Shown here: piece after piece, positions 63,874 to 64,000 of the stretch
Layout of the letters: the number at the start of each line of letters is the position of its first letter
How positions within the stretch are numbered: position 1 is the first letter of the stretch
Assembly: GCA_951406725.2 (NCBI GenBank)
Contig: OX597825.1
Span: 10,044,001-10,108,000, forward strand
DNA: 64,000 bases
Direction of reading: 5' to 3'
From: Octopus vulgaris
Taxonomy: Eukaryota
Notes under the pieces: generated by a model
What the model was told of the DNA's origin: nothing
The model's input: the letters and a program-made list of their open reading frames with translations, nothing else
Databases searched by the model: none
Made by a program: the position numbers and the translations under genes

Positions 63874-64000
63874 TGTGGAGGTATGTGGCCAAGTGGTCAA
63901 GGTGTTACACCTTATGATCACAAGACTGTGGTTTCAATTCCTGGACTAACATGTGTTCTTGAGCAGAACACTTTATTTCACATTGCTCCAGTCCACTGGT
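63874..64000 (+). mobile_element. SINE D/E-type head (cut by window edge)
   Basis: tgtggaggtatgtggccaagtggtca...gtttcaattcctgga...tgtgttcttgagcagaacactt. Confidence 0.75.

Overview
Eukaryotic, AT-rich, microsatellite- and SINE-saturated DNA. The repeat landscape looks like an octopus/coleoid cephalopod genome (inferred, not verified). Almost all listed ORFs are low-complexity artefacts. Most of the window is intronic DNA of one + strand host gene, a voltage-gated K+ channel beta subunit (KCNAB/Hyperkinetic, aldo-keto reductase fold). It is recognisable from micro-exons: 3345-3364 (MAKPTYR), 40989-41032 (RNLGKSGLRVSNVGFG) and 52611-52648 (GTWVTFGAQVTDE). There is also a candidate frame-preserving 117-nt cassette exon at 22561-22677. 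The gene continues beyond the window. The rest consists of several tRNA-headed SINE families (my labels A, B, D, E, F), headless short repeats (C, H), and decayed CR1, RTE and R4/Dong-like LINE pieces. Decayed mariner, maT/Tc1-like and hAT/Buster transposases, Helitron-like elements and MITEs are also present. Most notable are Penelope-like-derived repeats (I, J, K) carrying different minimal hammerhead-ribozyme-like cores, one fused behind a Pol III tRNA-like head. Also notable are two long fold-back palindromes whose axes coincide with hammerhead-like motifs, and multimeric SINE insertions (dimers, one tetramer) each bounded by a single target-site duplication (TSD). Family letters are working labels. 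No database searches or folding programs were run.
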